A DNA stretch of 64,000 nucleotides from Eledone cirrhosa. Taxonomy: Eukaryota. The translations under genes were made by a program, and so were the position numbers. Location of the stretch: NCBI GenBank assembly GCA_964016885.1, contig OZ024743.1:303800001-303864000 (forward strand), written 5' to 3'. The notes under the pieces are model-generated. The model did no database searches. It was not told the DNA's origin and was given only the letters and a program-made list of their open reading frames with translations. Below are positions 48,911 through 63,341 of the stretch, piece by piece (positions within the stretch are counted from its first letter, which is position 1; every line of letters begins with the position of its first letter).

Positions 48911-51900
48911 AAATAGAAATAGTGTGGGCTGTCCACTTTTTAAAACGGTCGCCTATTCAGATCACAAATTTGTGATCTGTACGGTCGACCTAAATAAAAC
49001 GCGTAGGTTAGGACCGGGTTACTGGAATCTGAACATGTCATTTCCGGCACGTAAGGCTTACAGGGACCGAGTCAACAATGTAGTTGAGCAAAAGTTGACA
49101 GGGGGGATCATGAACAACAAATGGTGGGGGCCTCTCAAAAGAGAGATTAGAGTAACTTCAATATAGTTCAGCACAGAACTAGCGTTAGAGAAAAATAGAA
49201 AGGAGGGGGAGCTGGTATATAAGTTAGACGAGGCTATTTGTAGTGGCATCGCAACTGACGTGCTAGCGGCGAGATGGCATTAGACCATTTCTTCAACGCC
49301 AAACACGAAGGTTGCATTGTCAGAGCTAAGGCGCGTGCGCTGAGAAACAAGGGAACTAAAGCTGTTCGATGGGCCCGCGTGGCGGAGGCGCAGCGTCGTA
49401 ATAAAACCACAATTCGGTCTTTGGCAGACCGAGACGGACACGAAATAAGCGATTCCAAGCGGATGTGTGAGGCCTTTCGCCAGCACTTTGCTCGGTTGTT
49501 CAGGGAGAGTGGCGAGTCAGAGAGAGTAGCGGATTTCAGTCCCTACCATGACGGCTTGCCGCGCATCTCGACGGTCGACGCTGAGCGCTGCGAAAGGCCG
49601 ATTACTTCAGCCGAAATTCAGGACGCTCTTGTCGGCTGCATGAGACACAAGTCACCCGTGTGGATGGCCTGCCCTACGAGCTTTACGTAAATATGCCAGA
49701 CTTGTTCTCCGATCTCCTCGAAGCACTCTACTGCAACTGGGAGAAGAATGGGAGTATTCCAAGTTCTGTGAGCAGGGGAGTGGGGACGCTGATAATGAAA
49801 GACGAGAACAAGAGGGATACATTAGACAACTTGAGGCCCATAACTCTGCTCATCACAGAGTTTAAGATTTTGGCCAAGGTGTTAGCAAAGAGATTGGCGC
49901 TTGTCGTTGAGGATTTGGTTGCGGAGGCGCAAACATGCGCAATCTCAGCCAGTTCCATACTCAACAATCTCCACCTCATGCGATATATCATAGAGAGGGT
50001 AGGGTGTAAACCTGGCTTCGGTGGAGCACTGATCAATTTAGATCAATCGGAAGCATTCGATGGAGTCGACATCGGTATCTGGAGTTTGTCCCCAAAGCAG
50101 TTGGCTTCGGCCCTTTCTTCAGAAGCTGGATCGCTGCAATGCACAGCAGCACATGCTCGGTGGTCAAGGTTAATGGCCACCTCTCGGAACCATTTCGGCT
50201 CTACCCGATCGGTCCGTCAAGGGTGCCCTCTCTCTTCCCTTCTGTAGGTATTGCCTCTCGAGCCTTTACTGCGGAAGCTGGAGATGGTGCAGGGCATCTC
50301 GCTCGGACCAGGCCGTGGAAAGGTGGTGTCTGCTTATGCGGACGTCAACACCGTGATGGTGTCGGACACCTCAGAAATCGAAGGGGGCGGCACCTTATTG
50401 AAGGTATATGAAAGGTTGACAGGAACCAAACTTGACCCGGAAAAGTCGGTGGGCTTGCAGCTCGGAACCTGGAGAGGCAAGCCTATGCCGTCCAACAGCG
50501 TCGTGGGGCGCTTGAGGGACGGACCGGTTTGGTTCGGACCAGACCTCCAGGTGGAAACGAATTGGGACGGGGTAACGAGCAGAATAACGAGTCTCACCCA
50601 AAAATGGGCTGGGAGGAAGGTATCACTGAAAGGTCGCGCGTAGGTGGAGAATGCGTGCATCGCGTCCGTCATCTTCTACCGCCTGAGCTAACCGTCGTGC
50701 TTTGCCTCGGTCCGCGCCTCGTCAAGTTGGAACGGCTCCTCTTCAGATTCTTGTGGAGGGGACAAGTTCCGTTGGTGAGGCGGTCCATCTGCTGCCAGCA
50801 CCCTCTAAGCGGGGGGCTGGGCATGCCGTGGCTAAAGATGCGCAGACATGCGTTGAGGCTGCGACCTCTCCAGATATTCTGCCTAGACGGAGAACAGATG
50901 TGGTCGCCGTTTATCAGACATTTCTTTAATTGAGCTGCAGTTCTGGGTCAAGAAGAGACCGAGACTGGGTGACTGGCACCTGGAATGTTGCCGGGCACTC
51001 ACTTCCCTCTACCAAGCGGGCAATGCGATCAGTGGAACTTCCACTCTCGAGTTCTTTAGAGGATTAGTGATGAGCAAGTGCAATGACGCTCTCAGAGAAG
51101 CTTTGGGCCTCGACGAAGTAGAACTGACCAGTCTGTACCGGAGGATTTTCGAGCCGACGACGATGGACAATTTCCAGAAATCCCTCGCTTGGCAGTCCTA
51201 CCGGCTGGCACTGCCGGTTTGGGATAAACTCTACAGGCATGGAAGTGCTGTCAGACGGACCTGCCCAAGATGCGCACAGAACGACGAAACCGTTCTGCAC
51301 GCACATGTCCAATGTCCGTGCCTTACTGACTTGTGGAGTTATGTCGAACAGCTACTGTCGCGTGTGGAAAGAATCCGGCTATCGACCGAGTCCATAGTGA
51401 AGATCGACCCGCCGCCTTCTTTAGGTCAGGAAGAGCAGGACATTTTCCTGTGTTTGATGGAAGTTGCGAAAGAGGTTATATGGTGGACCAGATTAAAAGG
51501 ACTGAAGACAGACACTTTTCTCTTTGGCCAATCCCTCATCAATTTCTTCAAGTTTCACCGGAAAGGAAGGTTATAGGTTAGAGTGGAGAGAGAAGTGCTG
51601 CTCCCCAGTACATTTGCTAAAAGGTGGATGAATGTGGAAAGAATGGCCCATGTGAATGGACCTACTCTGACTAAGCGCCTATAGGCTAGCTAACTTGAGG
51701 AGAGGAGTGCTCTCCCTGGGTGCCCTACAAGTGCAGGGTTGTTCAGGATTGGTGGGGTACCTGAGTCACCCATGGTCGTCCTCACCTATCGGGGAATTTA
51801 TTTTGTTATATTTATCCATAGTTTTATTTTATATATCTTCATTGTTTAATTAGTCTTGCCATTGTACACTTTTACTCGACCTTATGGTAAACCCCCACTG

Positions 51901-51956
51901 GCCCTGTCTTTAACTTTGTCCCCTACATGTCGGCCATTGTGGCTAATAGAGAACGC
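48911..51956 (+). mobile_element. Tx1D copy 2 (5'-truncated in the endonuclease, decayed)
   Basis: Colinear with 38240-41315. Same 3' UTR, ending in (ATT)n. Confidence 0.93.
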
Positions 51957-51983
51957 ATTATTATTATTATTATTATTATTATT
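51957..51983. repeat. (ATT)n spacer
   Basis: Read directly. Confidence 0.96.
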
Positions 51984-54900
51984 GGCGACCTACGTTGTAA
52001 ATCGTATCATCCTGAGCTCCGCAAAGTTTTGTTATTTTCAGTTGTTTAAAATTGCCATTCATGGAAATTTTTTATTGTTAACTCTATATAAGTGCACATA
52101 CATTGTTATCTGAAAAGGACACCCAAAAAGATTGGGGCCTTGAGCCCAAAATTTAAACTTTTATAATTATCAAACTAAAATTTTCCTTTGAAAAATCATG
52201 GCTGACTCAGAGTCACTCCTTTCTCACAAACTAACACCTCACACCGACACCACCATTGTAAATATTAATACGTTTGCCAATACTAAAAATATATGCAGTA
52301 GCAATATTTTAAATTTGTCTCAGACAGACATTCATTTCCCGCCATTACCAATGACTGCATGTGTTAAAGCCGCCACCACCACCACCACCGCGACAGCCTC
52401 CACCCCCACCACCACCGCGACAACAGAAACAAAATAAAAAAATAAAATTAACTCGTGATATCGAAATGAATTCAACCAAAATGAACTATTCCACACCGAA
52501 CACCAATGACGCCACCACCACCACAACTGAAACTAAAATTAATAATAACAAAAATAACGATAACAACAACAGCAACAATGACATTAAGAAAACCACCCTG
52601 AGTTTTGCCAGAGTAGCGAAAGAGTGCGAAGCATTTCAGGCAACTCAGGAGGAATTAGAAGAAGCCCCCAAAATGGTAAAGAAAGATGGGTACAGTGTCA
52701 GCCTCACCCCCACCCCCACCCCCACCTAATAAAATAGAGCATCGGCGCCTATGCACCGTGTCTTATCGAACAATTAATATAAAACCGCGCCGAGTGGAAC
52801 GGGCATCCGAGTCCCGAATCCAAAAATCTTTGGGACATGAGTGGGCAAAAAACAACAACATCAGACGTGGGCAGAAGTATGGAACCGTGGACGTGTTCTT
52901 TGAAACACCACAGGAAGCTAGACAAGACTCCATGGCCCCATTAAGAAGTGACGACTTCACACTCGTCCCAAGCTCTTGTGGCCAGAGACTCGTAAAGATC
53001 AAGGTCACCCACGTTCCACCGGCCATCGAAATTCCCTAGCTAATAGCTGCCGTCCTCGCCGGCATCGAAGCCAACACCAAGATAATCGAAATAGCGAAAG
53101 AAAAGCAGGAGAACTGGTCCGGATCTGGAATGGAGCTCCTGATCCAAGCGGACGAAAAAAGCATTGAGGAGATCCCAGAGGTAATATACCTCACTGATGG
53201 CAGCCACCTCACCGTAATTGTCTAGGGAAGAAGGCCTAGGTGTGTCGTTTGTGGTGAAGGAACCCACCTAAGGGCTTTCTGCCCTCAGGCTAAAAGGTTT
53301 AGGCCACCTCTCCTACCCACCCCAGTTACTCAACCATCAACACCACCAGCAGCAGATATGGCAGCAAGAACTGTAGCAGCAACAAAAGAGGCAACTGTAA
53401 CAGAAACAACGCCACCACAGTAGCAAAACCAACAACACCACCACGCAACGCGCCAGAACTAGCACCAGGGCCTACACCATCCACCATGCCACAACCAAAA
53501 CTAAAGCCTGTGGCGGATTTTCCACTCCCCGGCCTATCACAACGGGAGACATATTGTGACGACGAGGAGTGGGAAACGGTATCAGGAAAAAAGAAAAAAA
53601 GAAACCCAAAAAGAAAAAATTCTCTTCCTTCCCCCTCCAAAAACAAAATACAGAGGGAAACAAATAAACTATCAAACAAAAAAGTTAGGACAGATATGCC
53701 ACCATCCACACCAGCATCACCAACCCCACAACCCAAACACGAACACCATCACCATCGTTAACCCCAACACCACCATCACCAACACCACAAAATTCACCAA
53801 AAAGCGAAACAGAAACAAACCCACAACAAACATAAACAAAACAAAACAACCAAAACGATATACACTACACAGCATTAAATTTGAACAACAACAAATTATT
53901 ACACTACATCCAACACAACACCAGCTTCACAGAAAAAGACTACACAACAACCCAAAAGGTCAAACCACCTCCACACATACAAATCACTCGCATCACAAAG
54001 AAAACGTAGATGAGACTAAAACTTTAATTCCCAAAACACATCGGAGACTTCCGACAAGCACTCTCCAGGAGGATTTATAAGGACATCCTTGCTGAGGAGG
54101 CCACAAGCAGTGAAAAGGATGGCGAAACCGCCCTTCCTCTACGAGAAGTAAGGTAAGTGGTCTTTCCCATCTTTTCCACTCCATTTCAACTTGACCTCAC
54201 TCAGAATAGGCAGCATAAATGTGCGTGGAAGCAGGGTCACCTGCTCAACGACCTTTTTCGGAGAGGTTTGGATCTCGCCATACGGGCCATCTTCCTGGAC
54301 CCAGAAGGTAAGTTGGTTGTGCTGTACGAGACCAGCAGCGAAGGGCAAGCTTTCAGGCTAGTGGCCGTCTATGTCCCGACAGGAGTAGGGCTGCCTGATT
54401 TATTCCGGCGTCTGGAGACCTTTCTTGGAACGTCCCGCTCTTTAGTGTTAGTGGGCTACTGGAACGGGATATTAGATGCACGCTGAGACTGTGTGGGATT
54501 AGCGGATAGGCGAGGAAGGTGCAAGAGTCTCACCAACCTGCTCAGGCGTTTTGACTGTCTGACAGGTACCGATTGGATTTCCAGAATCTGCCAATGTGGA
54601 CTTGGATTAATCGCATTTGGTCATCCAGATCATATCTAGATAGAGTATTTTGTAGGGCGATAGATAGGTCTAGCATAGGCTGTCCACAATTCAAGATAGT
54701 CAGCTACACGGACAACAAATTCGTGATCTGTGTGCTTGACTTAGATAGGCTTCATAGACGAGGACCCGGCTACTGGAATCTAAACGCATCCTTACCAGCG
54801 CGCAAGGCCTACAGAGACCGGATTAGCGAACTAGTTGAGCGGGCGTTGACGGGGGCCATCGTCAACAACAAGTGGTGGTTTGCTCTGAAAAGAGCAATTA

Positions 54901-57694
54901 GAATAGAGTCCATTAGGTTTAGTAACGCTTTGGCAATAGAGAAAAATAGAGCAGAGGGAGAACTAGTTAGAAAATTAGACGTGGCGCTGAGCAAAGGCAT
55001 CGCGACTAACGTACTTGCGGCGAAATTGGCCCTTGACCAATTCTTCAATGCAAAGCACGAAGGCTGCGTTGTCAGAGCTAGGATGCGTGCTCTCAGACAC
55101 GAGGGGATGAAAACCGTTCAATGGGCCCGAGTGGCGGAGGCGCGTCGTGGCAACAAAGCCACGATCTGGTCTTTGGTGGACCACGACGGGCGCATGCTAC
55201 TGGATCCCGGGCAAATGTGTGAAGCATTTCAGCAACACTTCGCTCAACTGTTCGAGGGCAGCGGCGGGCCGGATCGAGGGATGGACTTTAGTGTCTACCT
55301 CGACGGACTGCCGCAGCTTTCGGTTACTGGGGCGGTAGTTGTGAAAAGCCGATAACAGCCGCTGAAGTACGGGCGGCAATGACAGGCAGCACAAGGGTAA
55401 ATCGCCTGATTTGGATGATCTGGCCTATGAACTTTACGTACAATTGCCAGACTTGTTCGGAGGCCTCTTGGCGGACGTCTACTGCAACTGGCAACAGAAC
55501 GGGAGAATTCCCAGCTCTGTGAGCCGAGGAGCGGTGGCGCTGCTGCGAAAGGATCCGAACAAGGGGGATAACATAGATAATGTTAGGCCCATAACTCTGC
55601 TAAACACAGAGTTCAAGCTTTTAGCCAAGGTGCTAGCAAAGAGGTTGGCGCTTATCGTTGGTGGTCTGGTGGGAGAGGAGCAGACATGCGCCATTCCCGA
55701 CAGATCCATCCACGACAACCTCCACCTCATGCGATACATCGTAAAGAGGGTAGCTAGGGAACCTGGCACGGGTGGGTCCTTGATCAATTTAGATCAGTCG
55801 AAAGCTTTCGATAGTGTCGACCATCGTTACCTAGCGGCAGTCCTGAGTGCGGCTGGCTTTGGGCCCGTATTCAGAGGCTGGATTGCTGGCATGCACAGCG
55901 ACATCTGCTCTGCGGTGAGAGTGATCGGTCACCTTTCGGAACCGTTCAGCATCATGCGCTCGGTACGCCAAGGATGTCCCCTCTCGTCCCTCTTGTACGT
56001 ATTGACTCTCGAGCCATTACTGCACAAACTGGAGACGTTGAGGTGGGTCCCGCGTGAAATAGGATGCGGAAGATCCGTGTCAGCATATGCGGACGATGTC
56101 ACCGTAGTGGTGTCGAACGCCAAACACATCGAGGCGATCGGCACTACACTAAGAGAATACGAAAGGAGACAGGAGCAATGATCAACCAGGAAAAGTCAGT
56201 GGGCCTGCAGCTCGGCACCTGGAGAGGCAGGTCCATGCCGTCCAACATCGTTGTCAGGCGCTGGACGGACGGACCGGTTAAATTGCTAGGGGTCTGGTTC
56301 GGTCCGGACCTCCAGACGGACAAAAACTGGGACGAGGTGACGAGCAGGGTGGCTTCTCTCACCCAGAAATGGGCGGAGAGGAAGCTATCCCTGAAAGGTC
56401 GAGCGGAGGTGTGTAACGCGTACATCGCGTCCGTTATCTACTACCGCCTGACCGTCGTACCTTGTCCTAAGCCCCGCCTGACTGCGCTGAAGCGTTTGCG
56501 CTTTCGCTTTTTGTGGAAGGGATGCGTTCCGATGGTCAAGCGGTCCATCTGCTGTCAACACCTGCTACGTGGAGGGCTGGGCATGCCATGGCTGATGATA
56601 CGCAGACACGCACTCAGGCTACATCTCCACCTCTTCTTTGACGGTGATCAGGTGTGGTCGCCGTTTGCTAAACACGTCTTTCCCCAGCTCATTTCCTTTA
56701 CGGAGCTGCAGTCCTGGGTCAAACGAAGACCGAGAGGAAGCGCTTGGAGATTGGAAATTCTATAGGCGCTCATAGCCCTCGACCAATCGGTCAATGTGAT
56801 CGGTTTAAAACTCCACCTTGGCGTTCTATAGAGGATCAGTGGAGGGTAAGAGCGACGACGTACTTGGAGAAACACTAGGCGTCGACGAAAATCAACTAGC
56901 CAATCTCTTCGAAAGGACTTTCGGGCAGAGGCCTATGGACAACCTCCAGAAATCTCTGGCCTGGCAGTGCTACCGAGGAGCTTTGCCTGTTCGGGATAAA
57001 CTCTACAGGCATGGAGGTGCCGTCAGCCGGGCATGTCCGAGCTGCACGCAGGGCGACGATACCGTCCTGCACGCACGCGTCCAGTGTCCGAGCATTGCTG
57101 ACTTGTGGGTTTATGTCGAACACCTGCTGTCACGTGTAGGATGGATCCAGCTATCAGCTGAGTCCATCGTGAGGATTTCCCGCCCTCTTCCTTTAGCCGG
57201 GAAGGGCAGGCTGTTTGTATCTGTCTGGTGGCCCTGGCGAAAGAGATAGTATGGTGGACACGTTTGAAAGGGCTGAAGACAAGCACTTACCTCTTCGGTG
57301 ATGCCCTGATTAACTTTTTCAAATTTCATTTAAAAAGGAAAATCAAGGTAGAGAGGGAAGTGCTCTCTTCCCAGCATTTTGTTGAAAGATGGGTGAGAGA
57401 AGCAAGTATGGCCCGAGTGAATGGGCCTACTCTGAGTATGTGTCTGTAAATTAAAGGTGGAAAACTGGGAGAGGGCACTTGCCCTGGTGGTCAGGGTCAC
57501 TGTGGCCTTTTAATGGGGTTTTTCCACAAATGTCCCTCGGAAGTCTCCCCCCTATTGGGGAATTTTACATTGTTGTTTTTTATTACATCCTCTGTTTTTT
57601 TTACACGCAGAAATGCCCATTTGTACATCCGGTATTGTCGTGTACTGTCCTTAATGTCTACTTTATGTAAACCATTGTGGTTAATAAAGAAAGC
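51984..57694 (+). mobile_element. Tx1A copy 3 (full length, decayed; ORF1 ~52198-54156, ORF2 ~54191-57449)
   Basis: Inverted homologue of 1538-8216. Intact knuckle CVVCGEGTHLRAFC at ~53241-53282. APE/RT motifs present, with deletions in the endonuclease start. Confidence 0.93.
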
Positions 57695-57740
57695 ATTATA
57701 ATTATTATTATCATTACTATTATTATTATTATAATATTAT
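57695..57740. repeat. Degenerate (ATT)n; right edge of array 2
   Basis: Read directly. Confidence 0.9.
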
Positions 57741-57784
57741 TTTTAAGCCTACCTTAACTAGCAATTACACAGCCATCCTATTCT

Positions 57785-57787
<3 letters not shown>

Positions 57788-57871
<84 letters not shown>

Positions 57872-57874
57872 TAC

Positions 57875-57909
<35 letters not shown>
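57788..57909. repeat. (AT)n microsatellite with a short (AC)n interruption
   Basis: Read directly. Confidence 0.96.
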
Positions 57910-57911
<2 letters not shown>

Positions 57912-58569
57912 TTGACGGGACTAACATGGGTTCGACTGCTAATACCGCTTGTATCTCAGCGTACTCAATAGGTAATGCTCTGTAAAAATCCAGAGTAGAC
58001 ACATAGGTATTGGCTACACTACATCGCACGTAAATGGCTATTTTCAATATGTACCCCTACGCGAGATTCGGCCACATTTAATGCAACAATAGAGTGCACA
58101 AAATCTACTGTCTGCATATATTATGCAACAATGTACAATCGGTGCATGTGGCTTCATAAGCCGGTTTCGCCTAATCAATAACCAGTCGATCTACAGAACT
58201 CGATTCCAATCTGGTGTCGACTATGTTAGTGAATGTGACGGTCAACATAGTAAAACACTAGCAACTGAAATCCCTACGCGTCATCACAATGCATTTAGCC
58301 GATTGGCTACAGGTTCAGGAATTTACATGACGGTAGCAGACGAAATTCAAATAGCTCCGCTCCCGCCATAAGCATTCAGCTAACTTATGTCGAATAAAAA
58401 TGAACAAGCAAGTTGAAAATCGGTTGTTAGAGAAAATCAGACTCCAGTCACTGTAAAATAGAATGGTAGGATTTCATGCCAACAGGCGAATAGACATCGA
58501 TATAGATTTAGCGCGCTGGTTAGAATTCGATTCTAGATGTTTCGACCAACAACGTGCGTTAACAGGTCA

Positions 58570-58648
58570 ATATATATACAGACACACACGCACGTACACA
58601 CACAAACATACACACACCTATATATATATATATTTATGTATGTATATA
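58570..58648. repeat. Degenerate (AT)/(AC) microsatellite
   Basis: Read directly. Confidence 0.75.
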
Positions 58649-61294
58649 CTTTTCGCTTTACACGTTCTCGCGACGCAATCGACACATGGAATTGGAGATG
58701 GTAAAAAGATTCAAACAGTTATAATATTCTTACATGAATATTCCACTTTTCTAACAAAACATTGATCAATATCCAAATTAGACAGCAGTTACTAAATATC
58801 GTGAGGAAAATGTGGTAAAATCGTCAGACGATTTCTATCGTCCTTTGAAAAGATTCCACATTGTATGGTTTAACATATGTAATGTATGTTCGTATGATTT
58901 TTATTCTAGCACTGTTTCAAATAAATGGATTGTGTATGTAATCGCAAGTAATAGATACCTATTTGAAATCGCGATCACCTTCCAAAAGTCATACATATGT
59001 TTACCAGGTAAAAACCTAAGTGGTTAATACCAATAAATTCCTTTCTAAAACGCATTTGTGGAATTAATTGATATGTATTGACTTCAAAAAATAGATCAGT
59101 ATTAATTCATTGACACCCAGCCTCATGCTGTACCAAAGCAATAATTTTACAGATCGGAAAGTTATGTAGTTTGCAGATCATGTCATTTTCGAGGGATATT
59201 GAAATGTCTTCACTTAGAAGAGTTTATACAGAACATATGAGAAATAAGACTTAAGCGTTGATAATCTTACTCCTTTGCAATCTATGTCTTCTCACTACAA
59301 TATCGTAGATTGAATCAATACACGAGTGACACGGAAAGATGTGAAAGAGAACACATAAAAAGACTAAAGACAACCTAACGGTACTTCATGCAAATAATTA
59401 AAAATTCAATATGTTTAAATGAATAGCGTAATATGAAAAATAAGAGACATTTTAAAAATACATGTCATGATATCGGAAATGCTTCATGGGCGTGGCATAT
59501 ATATTACATATTCTGTAATAAATTTAGAACATAACATATAACTAATACTTAGACATTTATAACATTGAGCGAGAAATGAGGCCAATTGAGAAATAGTGAA
59601 TATATATATTTCCCTATGGCACTTAGTTTTTCACTTTCATAAGAATGAGCATTTAGAAATATAACATTATACATCGTACTTTACAAGTGACTGGCACATT
59701 TGTTACAAGCTTTAAGGGTTGAAATTGTTGCCGGATGCGAAACATTTACAACTACTTTTGCTGTTCAGGATAATTCAGACGTTAAAATTGTTTCTACTTT
59801 TGGCACAAGACCAGTTCAGACGTAATAATCAGAGCTAATGATATTCTCCACCTAACCAGAATCTTGTGGCAGATCCACACAATTATTTAATTCTCGAGTT
59901 TAACTTGGCTTGAAATGAGACACATCACAAGGAAAATTAAGTAAATAAATACAATAAAATAAAATGTGAAAGTACTCAGCAAGAAGAACGTGTTTTGATT
60001 AGGTTATTTAATGACTTCAAATAAACTGTTCATGAAAATATGTGATGAGTACTTAAGGAGAAGACAAAATAGACGAACAAATATCTGTGTAAAAAAAAAA
60101 ACAAATACATCAACAATTGGTAAAGACTAATAATTGATGAACGCGTTAAGTACGTTCTAAATATAAGGTCAATTAACTTACAGAATTCTTTGTTTTCATT
60201 TACTTTATAGATAATTTAGAATAGAAAATCCAATTTTTCTAGCATCTTCATTAAATATGTGTAAGCATGTGTAACCCTATTTCTTCTCTATCGGCGGTGT
60301 GTATATTGATGTTTAAGTGATTAAGTGTTTGCTGTATTTTACTTTGTTTTTTTTTCTCAATGAATTTCAAATATAATTAAACCAAGAACCAATTTATTTC
60401 AACACATGTGCTAATTTTACTTTTCAAAGTTGTTATTCGGTATTCATTTAGAAAATAAGAATGCTGCTCACAGTCTCTTACAAATTATGCCATGGTAAAA
60501 CTAAACATTCGATACACGGGAAAGGTTATATTTGAAATAAACTGAATATAAAGCTTTAATCTTCTTTACATTTTGGGAATAATGATGAATTATATTATTT
60601 TCGTCTTTTCAAACCAATATAACTCCTGTTTTTGTTCATTTTATGGTTCTGCGCTCAACAATACTCATGGCCTTTACCTACCAGTGGAGAAACTGTTCTT
60701 CGTGATATTTTCTGAGTAACAATTTAAATGGTCCATACATTGTATTTGTATCCGACAAAATATTCAGTGTTCCTATCTAGCTGTAAGATCTACAACCGCT
60801 TTAACATTATAGATTGATCTAAAATAGCAAAACTAAGTTAAAACAAGTGTCGAAATGCCTAGATTTGGCTTAAATTAACAAAGTATTTATGCAGGCAGAG
60901 TTTATCCATTTCGTAATACATACTATTTTTTTTCAAATAAAATATGCAACAAATTTCAATCAACCGTTAATGAGACTTGAACATGTGATATAGACGTAAT
61001 TAGGCCAAAATACCAGTAACGCCAATTACCTCGCTAGATATTGTCCTGGAATCTCCGTAAAACTACAACTAAGCATCTCAATATAATTCATGACATGGTC
61101 GGTATGTAATGAGTTTGATAGAAACTCTATTCAATCAGGATTTTTATACATTTATCCTTTATTTCAGTAGATTAAATCAATTCTTGATTAAGTCAATATA
61201 ATGAATCCTATAATATGTGATGTTATTTTAAAATATATCCTGATATTTGTGCAACATATCAAATAATATATGATCATTATTATTTTATATATCG

Positions 61295-61457
61295 GTAGAG
61301 GGTCGGACGCCATGCTTTCCAGCATAGTTACGTCCCTTTACGATCTGAATTCAGATCCCGCCGAGGTTGACTTTACCTTTCATCCTTACGGGGTTGATAA
61401 AATAAAGTACCAGTAATGCACTGGGTAATTGCTGGCCTTGTGCCTAAAGTAGAAACA
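61295..61457 (+). mobile_element. tRNA-derived SINE (slightly 5'-truncated) with a perfect 19-bp target-site duplication
   Basis: Homologous to 48082-48261. ATTATTATTTTATATATCG occurs at 61276-61294 and again at 61458-61476. Confidence 0.88.
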
Positions 61458-63276
61458 ATTATTATTTTATATATCGTTGTAATATCAGGTATTCCTTTCC
61501 TCGATGTGAATAACACAACATTTCGGAAATATATATGAACAATGTAACTTTAGATGGAATTTGTAATGTTTAATGTAACACATTTAAGGGCACGGTGAAT
61601 ATTTACGAGTATCAGTTTTTGAATAATGCGATTATCTATCACATTTGTAATCAACGTATGTTGAGAAATATATAATTCTTACTATGTATCCTGTCTATGA
61701 TCTTTTCATTGTGAATCATGGAAACAATTGCTTTTTCAATACTACATATGGCAGAATTAACTGTCTTCTCCCTGTCAACAAACGAACCTCATGTGTATTT
61801 CTAAATGCAGCCAGTACTCCGTCATGTGGGGCGTCCTATTCCCTGAATGTATCAGTGGGCAATACAACTATTATAAATATAATTCTACTTAATACAATTA
61901 TAAATCGGTGTGTAAGTGATGCAGACTAGCCAGGTGGAAGCCGATTTAGTAAACGGGGAATAGAAAGTATTAATCTACATGAGCGTCAGCTTCACTGAAA
62001 ATTGTAGCGAATTCACTTCAGACATACCTTACTATTAGACATAAATTACCCGAGACGATATTACTCTTAAAATGCGGCAGCTTAACATATGGAATCGTTT
62101 ATATACTAGGGTTATTTGTTCAATTTTCACACAGCGAAACACACATATATTATGGTGAGATGGGTTTTATCCTAGGTAATGTTGATATATGTTCAGATAA
62201 TATAATTAGCAAATATAGACATAAATTTGTCCTGGTATTGGGAAAAACTATTATTTCAGGCAGAAATTTTCTTCCGAAATAAAACTCAAATCGGACGCGG
62301 TCGTACGAAATAAAATCAATGTTTTTCGTACGATATACTTTACACATATATTAAGAATTGTATTTCACTATTTATGTTGACGCAGATAACTTTATTAAGA
62401 TCAACTATACAAATAGAGATATTGAAATGGAATAGAGTTCTTAGTATTCCACACAGCAAAATTGCTTGATGCTCGGTTGCAAATATAGTGGTAAATATAG
62501 TTGCAAATTTGGGTAACTGCTTGAAGACATTTCTCTATATATTCACCGTTAATGCCTTTCGGGGAAGACATACATAGTGCAGTCATTTATGTTCCTCTCA
62601 TTGAAAGAATATAGTCGTACTTGCAAGTCAAAGAGAAAATGATATTATATTAGACTGTATCGGATTCGACTGCAGTAGAATCATATGTATGCTATAAGTG
62701 AATTGCATAAATATATGAGAGAGCGTTCATAGTTGAAAACGTTTCATATTAATTCGCACACAAATTGCTTACCAAATTGTACAGACATCAGACACTTTCC
62801 ATAATTGCTTGATATTAGAAACAATAAACAGTATTCATATCATTCAAATCCTGAAGCCAGATTAAGATTATTTGTAGGAAATATATTATTTCGTATAGGA
62901 CGTTAAAAATGTAAACAGAACATCAGGTATAAATTCAAGCTATGCACTACTACGTCACTGGTGGAAAATCGTTGGAATTGACTACGCAATCAAGTCTATT
63001 CAACGCGGGCATGAAACTAATATAATATTATATACATCTCTTTAAATGTCATATATTAAGCCTAATAATTGAATAAACAAAAAAGACTCTTTACGTCGAG
63101 AAGTTTACATAGATTAAATAATTTGTTTTAACTGTTTTACATAGGGTGTTCCAACTAGTGCCGATACTTCTGCGAATTGAGAGATCGCAGCTCCAATTCT
63201 ATGGACATAGGTTTAGAATGTCTCAAGAATGAATCGCTGTACAGCTCTTACGGCAAAACCAACCAGCAGGAAACCA

Positions 63277-63341
63277 AGAAGAAGAAGAAGAAGAAGAAGA
63301 AGAAGAAGAAGAAAAAGAAAAAAAGAAAAAGAAGAAGAAGA
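63277..63341. repeat. (AAG)n / A-rich microsatellite with no insertion
   Basis: Read directly. Confidence 0.93.
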
